Virus record (IMG/VR): IMGVR_UViG_3300008108_000133
Location: 1 to 59,086 of that record
Source of the DNA: a virus
Lineage: Duplodnaviria > Caudoviricetes
Reading direction: 5' to 3' (one strand)
Length of the DNA stretch: 59,086 nt
A program made the translations under genes and the position numbers. The notes under the pieces are model-generated. The model saw only the letters and a program-made list of their open reading frames with translations. It was not told the origin of the DNA and made no database searches. This document shows positions 9,637 through 18,429 of the stretch, in pieces; positions within the stretch are counted from its first letter, which is position 1; each line of letters opens with the position of its first letter.

Positions 9637-11445
9637 ATGCTATTTTCCAAATCTTATAGGAAATTTGATAGTAAAAAGTTTTTTGGAAAATTTAATTTTA
9701 AATCAACCAAACAACGATCAAAAACTAGTACGTCTTCTTTTAGTTATGCTGATGCCCCTAGTGTATCGGGTGAAGTAATACCTTGGGGTGTCCGCGCAGT
9801 CTGGCAAGGAGAAGACATTGCTAAACGAGGAAACTTTGCAAGCGATACTTATGCGTTTGTGATTGACTCTGGCGTATCAGATCAAACGGGAGATCTTAAC
9901 TTTGCTCCAGCAGAGTGGAGTAAGAGTTGGATTTCTGGGCAATCACCATTTACGGATGCTAATGGTCACGGAACTCATATTGCTGGAACCATTGGTGCTC
10001 TTGTTAATGGAAGGGGAATTGTCGGCGTTGCACCTGGAGCGCAGATTATTTCTCTAAAAGTCAACAATGATGCTGGTTTTGGTGATGGTTCAACAACTGC
10101 AAAGGCAGTTGACTATGCGATTGATGTTATTAATAAAAACAATCTGGATAAAAGCAAGGTCGTTATTAATCTTAGTATCAATGCGACCTTTGACCCATTG
10201 CTAAATTCGTCTGTTATTAATGGCGCTAATCAAGGTATTAAATTCGCAATTTCTGCTGGAAATAATGGAAAAGATGTAGATGGATTTTCTCCTGTGTCAA
10301 CTGGATATCATCCAAATGTCTTTACTGTTTCTGCAGTAGATAGCAGCAACAGAATGCCTTTTTGGTCTAATTGGGATCGTATTGATTCTAATGATAGTGT
10401 TGATGATGTTGATTTTTCTGCTCCTGGAGTTGGAATCCTTTCATATTATAAGAATAATCAACTCTCTGAGTTGAGCGGAACATCAATGGCAACTGCACAT
10501 ATTTCAGGTTTATTGATTACTGGTGGAGTTCAAGCGGGTAATTATGTAACTCCAAATTATTCGGATACATCAGATCCCTTTGCAATCACGAGTACACAGG
10601 TATTTAACCCTTCGGCAATAATTACATCTGGACCTTATCCGACACCTGCCCCTCCAGTATCCACATTTAAATTATCAGCACCCTCTAGCGTCAAAGAAGG
10701 TGAGACCCTGAAGGTCGATATTGCAACTACTAATCTTCGGGTTGGTTCTGACATGTATTGGCAAATTTCTGGAAATGGGATTGAGATGAATGATTTTTAT
10801 TCTATCAATAATCTCTGGGGTAATGCAATTGTTGCTGATAATGGAACATCTTCAATCAACTTTAATATTAAAAAAGATGGCATTACAGAAGGAAATGAAG
10901 TGATTAAATTTGAATTATTTGATAGTTCTCATCCAAGTACTAGAAAAAAAGTCACAGAATCACTTATTACTATTGAAGACACATCTAAGACTCCACCACC
11001 GATTCAATATCAATGGGGAACCACTGGTAATGATGTGATTAATGGTGGCGAATTTCGGGACACGATCACGGGTTCTTTGTCTTCTGGAACATCGCTGTCC
11101 GCAATGGGTTCTGGTCAAATTGATGTATTGATAGGAGGTTCTGATACTGATGTATTTGTTCTTGGTGACAGTCGTGGTATATTTTATAATGATGGAGTAA
11201 GTAATTCCTTAGGAAGATTTGATTATGCTCTCATCAAAGACTTTAAAGTTGGAGAGGACAAAATCCAAGTAAAATCTGGATTAGGCGGATATCTTTCTGA
11301 GGTTGTTAATGGAAATCTTTCGTTGTATTGGGATGTCAACAGGACGGGAAGGATAGAGACTAGTGGTTTCAGATCTGATGAATTGATTGCTGTATTTGAA
11401 GGAGTTACTGCTTTAAGTAATAGTGAGTACATTGCAGTGAGGTGA
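9637..11445 (+). CDS. subtilisin-family (S8) serine protease with Calx-beta-like and RTX-like C-terminal regions
   Basis: Catalytic triad motifs VIDSG, HGTHIAG, SGTSMA; GTTGNDVINGG and GGSDTDVFVLGD repeats. Confidence 0.9.
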   Translation: MLFSKSYRKFDSKKFFGKFNFKSTKQRSKTSTSSFSYADAPSVSGEVIPWGVRAVWQGEDIAKRGNFASDTYAFVIDSGVSDQTGDLNFAPAEWSKSWISGQSPFTDANGHGTHIAGTIGALVNGRGIVGVAPGAQIISLKVNNDAGFGDGSTTAKAVDYAIDVINKNNLDKSKVVINLSINATFDPLLNSSVINGANQGIKFAISAGNNGKDVDGFSPVSTGYHPNVFTVSAVDSSNRMPFWSNWDRIDSNDSVDDVDFSAPGVGILSYYKNNQLSELSGTSMATAHISGLLITGGVQAGNYVTPNYSDTSDPFAITSTQVFNPSAIITSGPYPTPAPPVSTFKLSAPSSVKEGETLKVDIATTNLRVGSDMYWQISGNGIEMNDFYSINNLWGNAIVADNGTSSINFNIKKDGITEGNEVIKFELFDSSHPSTRKKVTESLITIEDTSKTPPPIQYQWGTTGNDVINGGEFRDTITGSLSSGTSLSAMGSGQIDVLIGGSDTDVFVLGDSRGIFYNDGVSNSLGRFDYALIKDFKVGEDKIQVKSGLGGYLSEVVNGNLSLYWDVNRTGRIETSGFRSDELIAVFEGVTALSNSEYIAVR

Positions 11446-11465
11446 ATCTGGAAGGGTGTAAGGGC

Positions 11466-11499
11466 TTGACAGGATATCCCGACACTGATATGATAAATA
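11466..11499 (+). promoter_or_regulatory. psbA promoter: sigma70 plus overlapping late motif
   Basis: TTGACA-N17-TATGAT followed by ATAAATA. Confidence 0.75.
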
Positions 11500-11539
11500 C
11501 AACAACAGGTTAAGGATTACAACAATCTCTTAACACTTG

Positions 11540-11641
11540 TGCTCCCGTTAACCGAGACCTATGGGAGGGTAAATACGTCTCTCATATCCGCACTGGAGGG
11601 TGGTGCGGAGCATAACGATACCAGTTCGTCCCCCCGAACTC
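11540..11641 (+). ncRNA. structured psbA leader, PhotoRC-II-like RNA motif
   Basis: Stems gagac/gtctc, tccgcact/ggtgcgga, agttcg/cgaact; position upstream of a phage psbA matches the known motif. Confidence 0.7.
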
Positions 11642-11662
11642 TTATCTAACACTCTTAACAAA

Positions 11663-12742
11663 ATGACTGCTACAATTTCACGTCAACAAAAATCGAATAC
11701 TTGGGAACAATTCTGCAGCTGGATCACCAGCACCGACAACCGCCTCTATGTGGGTTGGTTCGGCGTTCTGATGATCCCCTGCTTGCTTGCTGCAACTACT
11801 TGCTTCATTATCGCATTCATCGGTGCTCCCCCAGTGGACATTGATGGCATCCGTGAACCTGTTGCTGGTTCTCTGATGTACGGAAACAACATCATCTCTG
11901 GTGCTGTTATTCCTTCGTCCAATGCTATTGGACTGCACTTTTACCCCATCTGGGAAGCTGCTTCCCTGGATGAGTGGCTCTACAACGGTGGTCCTTTCCA
12001 ACTTGTTGTATTCCACTTCCTCATCGGCATCTATGCCTATATGGGACGTGAGTGGGAACTCTCCTACCGCCTGGGTATGCGTCCTTGGATCTGCGTTGCT
12101 TACAGCGCACCTGTTGCTGCTGCAAGCGCAGTGTTCCTCGTCTATCCTTTCGGTCAAGGTTCTTTCTCTGATGCGATGCCTCTGGGTATCTCTGGTACAT
12201 TCAACTACATGCTTGTGTTCCAGGCAGAGCACAACATCCTGATGCACCCCTTCCATATGCTTGGAGTTGCTGGTGTCTTCGGTGGTTCTCTGTTCAGTGC
12301 TATGCACGGTTCTCTGGTTACTTCCTCGCTGGTTCGTGAAACCACCGAGAACGAGTCGCAGAACTATGGTTACAAGTTCGGTCAAGAAGAAGAGACTTAT
12401 AACATCGTTGCTGCTCACGGTTATTTCGGTCGCCTTATTTTCCAATACGCTTCCTTTAATAACTCCCGTTCGCTGCACTTCTTCCTCGCTGCTTGGCCCG
12501 TTGTAGGCATCTGGTTCACTGCTCTTGGTGTTTCTACGATGGCCTTCAATTTGAATGGCTTCAACTTTAATCAGTCTATCGTTGATGGACAAGGTAAAGT
12601 TATTAACACCTGGGCTGACGTTCTAAACCGCGCTGGACTGGGAATGGAGGTAATGCACGAGAGAAATGCTCATAATTTCCCTCTTGACCTCGCTGCTTCT
12701 GAAGCAACTCCTGTTGCTCTTACTGCTCCCGCAATCGGTTGA
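11663..12742 (+). CDS. psbA: photosystem II D1 protein
   Basis: Full 359-aa D1 (MTATISRQQ...[13 protein letters not shown]); no intron; true start ATG 11663. Confidence 0.99.
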   Translation: MTATISRQQKSNTWEQFCSWITSTDNRLYVGWFGVLMIPCLLAATTCFIIAFIGAPPVDIDGIREPVAGSLMYGNNIISGAVIPSSNAIGLHFYPIWEAASLDEWLYNGGPFQLVVFHFLIGIYAYMGREWELSYRLGMRPWICVAYSAPVAAASAVFLVYPFGQGSFSDAMPLGISGTFNYMLVFQAEHNILMHPFHMLGVAGVFGGSLFSAMHGSLVTSSLVRETTENESQNYGYKFGQEEETYNIVAAHGYFGRLIFQYASFNNSRSLHFFLAAWPVVGIWFTALGVSTMAFNLNGFNFNQSIVDGQGKVINTWADVLNRAGLGMEVMHERNAHNFPLDLAASEATPVALTAPAIG

Positions 12743-12762
12743 TAAAAACTCAATAGTTTTTG

Positions 12763-12789
12763 AGACCTCCTTCGGGAGGTCTTTTTTTT
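12763..12789 (+). terminator. rho-independent terminator
   Basis: agacctcc-TTCG-ggaggtct + T tract. Confidence 0.9.
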
Positions 12790-12834
12790 GTGCTCACTTG
12801 ACTAAATAGTTAAACTTATGGTATAATAAGTTTA

Positions 12835-13305
12835 ATGTTAAATAATCAAACTATGAAAACCTGCAACGTATGCGGTGAAACCAAACCGCTTTCAGAGTAT
12901 TATCCAACTCAATTCAAGAGTAAAGAGTTTCCTGATAAAATCTATTATCACGGGAAATGTAAGTCTTGTTTCATTAAAGCAAAACAAAAAGATTATACTC
13001 CAGAAAAAGGTAGAGATAAAAATCTACGATATAATTATGGTATTACACTTGAAGAATATAATATTCTTTTAAGTAATCAGGAAGGTAAATGTGCTACTTG
13101 CGGAACTACTGAGCCAGGAGGTAGAAAATCTGGAAGGGGTGGTGGAACTAATGTATTTGTTGTAGATCATTGCCACGATACTGGTAAAGTTAGAGGTCTT
13201 CTTTGCCATAGTTGTAACAGGGCTATGGGACTATTAGGAGATAATGTAAACATTATTGAAAGTATGATTAAATACCTTGAGCAGTACGAAACCAATGTCT
13301 CATAA
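12835..13305 (+). CDS. free-standing homing endonuclease, endonuclease VII family (F-CphI-like)
   Basis: CxxC zinc motifs, VDHCHDTGKVRGLLCHSCNRAMG; directly downstream of psbA with own promoter (TTGACT 12798, TATAAT 12822). Confidence 0.85.
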   Translation: MLNNQTMKTCNVCGETKPLSEYYPTQFKSKEFPDKIYYHGKCKSCFIKAKQKDYTPEKGRDKNLRYNYGITLEEYNILLSNQEGKCATCGTTEPGGRKSGRGGGTNVFVVDHCHDTGKVRGLLCHSCNRAMGLLGDNVNIIESMIKYLEQYETNVS

Positions 13306-13417
13306 TAATCAACATCATCCTATGGAATCCTGGATTATCTGGGCGGGTGTAGGTATGATGGTTTTTACAGTTCTTGTGTTTGTCTTATTCACTTTCGGTC
13401 AGATGTATTGGGGATAA
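13295..13417 (+). CDS. small single-TM protein (40 aa)
   Basis: Hand-translated MSHNNQHHPMESWIIWAGVGMMVFTVLVFVLFTFGQMYWG. Confidence 0.55.
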   Translation: MSHNNQHHPMESWIIWAGVGMMVFTVLVFVLFTFGQMYWG

Positions 13418-13449
13418 AATAATTACTTGAGTTTTGTGTGAGGTTCAAG

Positions 13450-13503
13450 ACATCTAATAATATCTGCATTACATCTACATTACATCTACATAACATCTGC
13501 ATC
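13450..13503. repeat. imperfect 11-nt tandem repeat (acatctacatt), 4-5 copies
   Basis: acatctaata atatctgcatt acatctacatt acatctacata acatctgcatc. Confidence 0.7.
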
Positions 13504-13619
13504 ATATTTGATATACCCTATAATGGGTACTTGATCTTATAAAGTATAATGCTATAATTACCCAGAAGAACAGGGGAAGATCCCCCAGTCTTCTCTTGTA
13601 CTTTAAATCTTAAAAATTT

Positions 13620-14021
13620 ATGAAACCTCTTTCATATTATCAAAAGACTTCAGTTTCAGTTCCGACGAAAGACAAGTATATGACCACCTACTATTACCGA
13701 AGGGGAGTAATGGTAGGAATGAAAGTCGGTCCTCATGATGAAAACTTTGAACCACCAAAGAATTGTGTGGAAGAAAAAGTATTAGACGAAGTTTCATATC
13801 AAGCACACTTGAAGCATTATCATGAAGAGATAAAAAAACTACAGGATGAATTTAAATATGATTTAATGAAAAAATATAATGTTCTGGGACATCCCAAAGC
13901 AGATGAGTGTTTCTATAAGGCATGGGATTTTGGAGAAAGTTCTGGACTATATGATGTTGAAGATTATTTTAGGAACCTCATAGAATTAGTAAAAGACCAA
14001 TCAGTAAATTGTGTACATTGA
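13620..14021 (+). CDS. hypothetical protein
   Basis: ORF track; upstream TTGATC...TATAAT and hairpin. Confidence 0.7.
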   Translation: MKPLSYYQKTSVSVPTKDKYMTTYYYRRGVMVGMKVGPHDENFEPPKNCVEEKVLDEVSYQAHLKHYHEEIKKLQDEFKYDLMKKYNVLGHPKADECFYKAWDFGESSGLYDVEDYFRNLIELVKDQSVNCVH

Positions 14022-14025
14022 TATT

Positions 14026-14313
14026 ATGTCATTAACTATTGAACAAATTGAAGAACAAATTTCCAATCTTCAAAAGACTTTAGATGAATTGAAAAATCCC
14101 AAATTGCAAGTCATTCGACAATTCACTGGACAATACTTTGCTCCTTATCAGGGAAGGCAGTATCGTCGTATGGAGTCCGAAGGTATTCCAATCTGGGAAT
14201 GTTATTTGGATATTAAAAAGGAATGGGTTCTTGTTGAGACAAGAGAAAACAAACAACTCGAAAAAATTTATCTCAATGATTGCGTTCCTGAAATAGAGGA
14301 AACTGAAGATTAA
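14026..14313 (+). CDS. hypothetical protein
   Basis: ORF track (likely start MSLTIEQ). Confidence 0.65.
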   Translation: MSLTIEQIEEQISNLQKTLDELKNPKLQVIRQFTGQYFAPYQGRQYRRMESEGIPIWECYLDIKKEWVLVETRENKQLEKIYLNDCVPEIEETED

Positions 14314-14342
14314 AAAAGAAAGAGTGGTAAAACCACTCTTTT
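14312..14342. terminator. bidirectional terminator between convergent units
   Basis: aaagagtgg-taaaa-ccactcttt with A and T flanks. Confidence 0.75.
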
Positions 14343-14346
14343 GACA

Positions 14347-14583
14347 TTAAGTTGCTGGTGGTTCAGGAACTGGTTCGGGAACTGGAACTGGTTCAGGTAC
14401 TGGAACTGGTTCAGGTACTGGAACTGGTTCAGGTACTGGAACTGGTTCAGGTACTGGGGGCTCTACAAATTCTTGATAGCACAAACATATGTCCCCATTT
14501 TTATCAATAAAATATGGTCGATATACTCTGTACATAACATTTGGCATGTACATGATTCTTGGTCTTGGTCTTAAATACTTCAT
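14347..14583 (-). CDS. Pro-rich protein with (PVPEPV)n tail
   Basis: ORF track; four exact 18-nt units actggaactggttcaggt at 14381-14452; GGGGGG RBS. Confidence 0.65.
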   Translation of the reverse strand: MKYLRPRPRIMYMPNVMYRVYRPYFIDKNGDICLCYQEFVEPPVPEPVPVPEPVPVPEPVPVPEPVPVPEPVPEPPAT

Positions 14584-14687
14584 TGAAACCCCCCTGATGA
14601 TTTACATCCGATTGTAATTGAATTTTTAACTCAAAAACCTATAGAATAAATCTACGGTGTTAATATATGAATTTGTGTCCTCCTTTC

Positions 14688-15110
14688 TTATTTGGGTTCC
14701 TCCACAGGAACATATTTGTGTTGAATTTTATAACCTAATTCACTTGGAGTCCACCATCCAGATGCAAGAGTAGATATTGAAGTTGCTAAAATTGCCGATG
14801 CTATACCAACACCAACAATCATCCATTTAATTCTAGAAACATCTTCAATTTTTTTTTCTACTAAACTCACTTTTTTATTGACAGAATTACGTACTTCATC
14901 AATCATTTTAATGATTAATTCATTAGCTTGTGAATTTTGATCTAATCTGTTTTCATGTCTTTCAAGGATAATGGCAACAGTATGATTACTTTCAGAAATC
15001 TTATCTACGGCTTTTTCCAATTTATTCAACATCTGTTTAGATAGATCTTCATAAATTTGAAATCTAGATTCAAGGACCGCAAGTTCTTTGTTGCTTATGC
15101 CAAATCCCAT
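14688..15110 (-). CDS. coiled-coil protein with C-terminal TM helix (XhlA-like architecture)
   Basis: Heptad-rich N-terminus, KWMIVGVGIASAILAT. Confidence 0.7.
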   Translation of the reverse strand: MGFGISNKELAVLESRFQIYEDLSKQMLNKLEKAVDKISESNHTVAIILERHENRLDQNSQANELIIKMIDEVRNSVNKKVSLVEKKIEDVSRIKWMIVGVGIASAILATSISTLASGWWTPSELGYKIQHKYVPVEEPK

Positions 15111-15127
15111 AGTGGATAAACTCCGTA

Positions 15128-15397
15128 TTAAATTGGAATATCGGTAGGGGGTTCAGCAGGTGCTGTGCAGATTCCTACTGATTCTGGTTCTGGTGTCATT
15201 GACTGATAAATGTCAGAATTCTGAATCACATCAGTCATAGTTCCATAGTTATCAATTCTTTGATCGACATTTGCAATCTGACTATCAATGATATTTTGTT
15301 GATAGTTATAAAATGGATTATAATATCTTCCATAATAATATGGATCAATGTTGTAATATCTTTTATAATATGGATATGGTTGATATCTGTAGTACAT
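15128..15397 (-). CDS. Tyr-rich N-terminal, acidic C-terminal protein (89 aa)
   Basis: MYYRYQPYPYYKRYYNIDPYYYGRYYNPFYNY; AGGAG RBS before ATG 15397. Confidence 0.7.
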   Translation of the reverse strand: MYYRYQPYPYYKRYYNIDPYYYGRYYNPFYNYQQNIIDSQIANVDQRIDNYGTMTDVIQNSDIYQSMTPEPESVGICTAPAEPPTDIPI

Positions 15398-15411
15398 TTT
15401 AAATCTCCTAC

Positions 15412-15552
15412 TTAGTAAGGATAGTATGGATAATGTGAATAATAAGGGCAATATCTATCATAGTAAGGATAGCACCCATAACGATAGTAGTCATAATAGT
15501 CATAGTATCTTCTATGGTAGTAGGAATAATTGTAAGGTCTCGGATAATACAT
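15412..15552 (-). CDS. 46-aa peptide, 23 of 46 residues Tyr (below the ORF-track cutoff)
   Basis: Hand-translated MYYPRPYNYSYYHRRYYDYYDYYRYGCYPYYDRYCPYYSHYPYYPY; AGGAG RBS 7 nt upstream; stop abuts next RBS. Confidence 0.75.
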   Translation of the reverse strand: MYYPRPYNYSYYHRRYYDYYDYYRYGCYPYYDRYCPYYSHYPYYPY

Positions 15553-16297
15553 TTGAGTCTCCTGTTTGGTTGGTTATCTCAAAAGTCCAAATGTCGTATC
15601 CCTCCTGTCTGATGTAATCAAAAGGAATCCAACAGTATCCGTTGTCTCCCCAACTCGTTCCAAAACTATTCTTTGCTAAGAATAATCTTTTTCCTAAATC
15701 ATAACCAACCATACACATTGCGTGCCCACCAAGACTTTTTTCCTTTCTGGAAGGAAGATATACAGTAGAAATACTTTCATTTAGATCCATAAAACTATCA
15801 TAAATTTCCATTCCAAATACAACAGGTTTGTTGTTATTCAGCACTTCAGTAATGTAATAAGTGCTAATAAGTTTTTGATACTTAAGAACCTTTCTTTTCT
15901 TGGCATCTTCATAGCATTCATCTGTTGGTTTATCATCAAACTTTTCTACGTCATAAGGCCATAGATCTTCAGAACAAACTCCAAACTTGGATAATGATTT
16001 CAGACCATCTCTTAAATAAATTCCATTATCTTCTGAAATACTTTCATACTCAGCGCGAGTGTTATAATAAATGAATAATCTACTGAGATGTATGAAGTAT
16101 TCTGGATAATTTTGCCTTACCTTCATTTCATATGCATTTGTTAACGCATTAGAACTGCAACTACCCAATGTTCCTTGTGATTCCACAATCGTATCCCACT
16201 CACGAAGATCTACAAATTCTCGTAGAACTGCGCTATTATCTGATTGATAGATGTAATCTCTTACATCGGGTAGAGATGGTTTGATATTAAAGTTCAT
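15512..16297 (-). CDS. papain-like cysteine peptidase (C1A)
   Basis: VDLREW, QGTLGSC (catalytic Cys), GGHAMCMVGYD (His), KNSFGTSWGDNGY (Asn). Confidence 0.92.
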   Translation of the reverse strand: MNFNIKPSLPDVRDYIYQSDNSAVLREFVDLREWDTIVESQGTLGSCSSNALTNAYEMKVRQNYPEYFIHLSRLFIYYNTRAEYESISEDNGIYLRDGLKSLSKFGVCSEDLWPYDVEKFDDKPTDECYEDAKKRKVLKYQKLISTYYITEVLNNNKPVVFGMEIYDSFMDLNESISTVYLPSRKEKSLGGHAMCMVGYDLGKRLFLAKNSFGTSWGDNGYCWIPFDYIRQEGYDIWTFEITNQTGDSNVLSETLQLFLLP

Positions 16298-16306
16298 TGT
16301 TCTAAA

Positions 16307-16918
16307 TTAGATAATTCTCCATTGTCCGCCACGAAATACTATAGATACTGACTGATTAGGTACTGATATAATATAATTGTTTGCATTATCAATTTTTTCA
16401 AGTCCTGATGGTTGAATAGTGATCTTTCCAGAACCTTGTCCATATTCATCTTTGATTGTATAAACTCTTCCAGTCACACCAGTAGGTAATGTAATCGTGA
16501 CTGCAGAAGCACTAAAAACTCCAATATATTCATCGTTAGCAGTTGCTGTATAAGAACCAGTAACTCCTATAGTTGCAATTAAATCTGCACCAGAAGCAGA
16601 AATAGTAATATAACCAGTAGAGTTACTAACACTAATACCAGCTCCAGCAACAATTGAAAGAACTCCTGTGTTTGAAACTGCAAATCCAACTGTATTACCA
16701 GTTGAAACTAAGTTTGTAATCGAAACACCAAGTCCAGCAACTGGATTAACAGAAGTGACAACCGCACTTTCTCCGACGCTAACTTGATTAAATGATACCG
16801 AAGCATTTGGTGAAACATCTTGTGCTATAGAAATAAATCCATCGAGCACATTAATGAAACTACCAATTCCAACCACTCCATAATCTGTTTTTGATGTAGG
16901 TTGGGCTAAGTATGCCAT
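16307..16918 (-). CDS. fibre-like protein with shared C-terminal beta domain
   Basis: AGAGISVSNSTG repeats; C-terminal YTATANDEYIGV...RGGQWRII. Confidence 0.7.
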   Translation of the reverse strand: MAYLAQPTSKTDYGVVGIGSFINVLDGFISIAQDVSPNASVSFNQVSVGESAVVTSVNPVAGLGVSITNLVSTGNTVGFAVSNTGVLSIVAGAGISVSNSTGYITISASGADLIATIGVTGSYTATANDEYIGVFSASAVTITLPTGVTGRVYTIKDEYGQGSGKITIQPSGLEKIDNANNYIISVPNQSVSIVFRGGQWRII

Positions 16919-16929
16919 TGTTTACTCCG

Positions 16930-17499
16930 TTAGATGATGTGCCAATCTCCACCGCGACAGAATATGTTTACCGATTGGTAAGGTACTTCCATAACGTATT
17001 TGTCGGCACCATCAATATAACTACCGTCAGTGGTAGTAACGGTGACCTTACGATTTCCTAATGGTGGACCCATCTCTGCTTTCACGATGATTTCACAGCA
17101 GTCGATGCAGTTCTCAGGTAATGAAATAGTAACAGGTTCGTCACTGTTGACACCGATATAGTAATCATCGCAAGTAGCAGTATAATCAGATGAAACCAGG
17201 ACGCTTTTGCACTTACAGGTACACACTCCCGGTTCCCCTTGAGGTCCTGGTGGTCCTTGCGGTCCTGGTGGTCCTTGCGGTCCTGGTGGTCCCGGAGGAC
17301 CCGGAGGGCATTCATCGGGACAATCATCGCCGTCTATAACTACATTGATATTGTTAGTGCCACCGTCACGAGTATTCAGTATCTCTGTTATTTCGGCACG
17401 AATCGACTGAATGTTTCCAAGAACATTTGGATCGTTATTTCTTTGATATTGTGCAAGAAGATTATAAAGATCAATAAGTCTTCTTTCTGCTGAGTCCAT
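16930..17499 (-). CDS. Cys-rich collagen-like protein with the same C-terminal domain
   Basis: GPPGPQ run flanked by CPDEC and CTCKC; [12 protein letters not shown]...RGGDWHII. Confidence 0.75.
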   Translation of the reverse strand: MDSAERRLIDLYNLLAQYQRNNDPNVLGNIQSIRAEITEILNTRDGGTNNINVVIDGDDCPDECPPGPPGPPGPQGPPGPQGPPGPQGEPGVCTCKCKSVLVSSDYTATCDDYYIGVNSDEPVTISLPENCIDCCEIIVKAEMGPPLGNRKVTVTTTDGSYIDGADKYVMEVPYQSVNIFCRGGDWHII

Positions 17500-17512
17500 A
17501 GTTAGTCTCCTT

Positions 17513-17540
17513 AAAAAAAGAGGGGGAGTTATATCCCCCT
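17513..17540 (-). terminator. terminator/attenuator after the first island gene
   Basis: Minus strand AGGGGGA-UAUAAC-UCCCCCU-CUUUUUUU. Confidence 0.75.
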
Positions 17541-17561
17541 TTAGATAACTACTGAACTAAA

Positions 17562-18389
17562 TCAGCGAACAGCGTTGCTGGTGGAGGACTGACCTACACC
17601 TGCCATGGTTCCAAAGTTAACCATACCCTGACGGGTCTCAGCAATCTGACTATTCAGAGCGTTGAGTTGTGAATTAACTTGTGAGGACAGGGCAGCAAAC
17701 TGGTTGTTGAACAGACCATCTCTGACGCCCCAGTAATCTGAACGGCAACCTTGAAGGTCTGTGTTACGCTCAATCAGAAGACGATTGAGTTCATCATTCT
17801 TGAGAGAATTGATGAGGTCTCTAGTCTTCTCATTTTCGTAAGCAATTTGCTTGCTGGTGTCATACTTGCTCTCAGCAATTTCTCTGCTGAGTTGATGCTG
17901 ACCAAGTGCTACAGCAGTAGCAACTTTTTCTGTTGCAAGGGCATTAGCAGCAGCGGTCTTCTCAGTGGCAAGAAGAATTTCAGAAGATAACTTCTGAGAT
18001 GACATATCTGTGAAAGCTTTCAGAGCAGCAAGGTCACGGGAATTATCAAAGTCTCTTGCTTGAGAAGCAATATAGAAGTCAGCAGCACGTTGCTGAATCT
18101 TGTCAGCAGCTTCATCAATTTTAACTTGGTTGTTATGACCAGTGACTAAAACATCACGGTTGGTGTCTTCTGAAGAAGCAGCAATAGCATACTTGACATC
18201 ACCGAAACCTAATGCTTGCTCTCTACGAATGTCAGAATCGCCAGTGAGAACTGCTTGACGAACATCTGATGCACGAGTAGCAACATCGTAACGGATTTCT
18301 CCACGCTCTACAGAACCTTCTCTACGAATGTCTGAGTGCTGTGCTGCAAGTGCTGCCCAAGGATCGGGCATATATACTTGATCTGCCAT
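17562..18389 (-). CDS. Ala-rich helical protein, probably highly expressed (275 aa)
   Basis: AAGGAG RBS, GCT/CGT/AAC-rich codons, internal SDIRRE repeats, ENEKTRDLI motif. Confidence 0.8.
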   Translation of the reverse strand: MADQVYMPDPWAALAAQHSDIRREGSVERGEIRYDVATRASDVRQAVLTGDSDIRREQALGFGDVKYAIAASSEDTNRDVLVTGHNNQVKIDEAADKIQQRAADFYIASQARDFDNSRDLAALKAFTDMSSQKLSSEILLATEKTAAANALATEKVATAVALGQHQLSREIAESKYDTSKQIAYENEKTRDLINSLKNDELNRLLIERNTDLQGCRSDYWGVRDGLFNNQFAALSSQVNSQLNALNSQIAETRQGMVNFGTMAGVGQSSTSNAVR

Positions 18390-18429
18390 TTTTTTGTTTC
18401 TCCTTAAAGGAAAGAAAGGTTAGTTTGTA

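Noticed and set aside
11600-11662. GTG-start N-terminal extension of psbA
   Set aside because: Falls within the structured leader; canonical D1 begins at ATG 11663
11678-12592. 304-aa ORF antisense to psbA
   Set aside because: Expected shadow of biased codon usage in a highly expressed gene; no promoter or RBS seen
14341-14574. Plus-strand (FRYWNW)n ORF, and similarly 17239-17493 (RSWWSL)n
   Set aside because: Reverse-frame readings of the PVPEPV and GPPGPQ repeats
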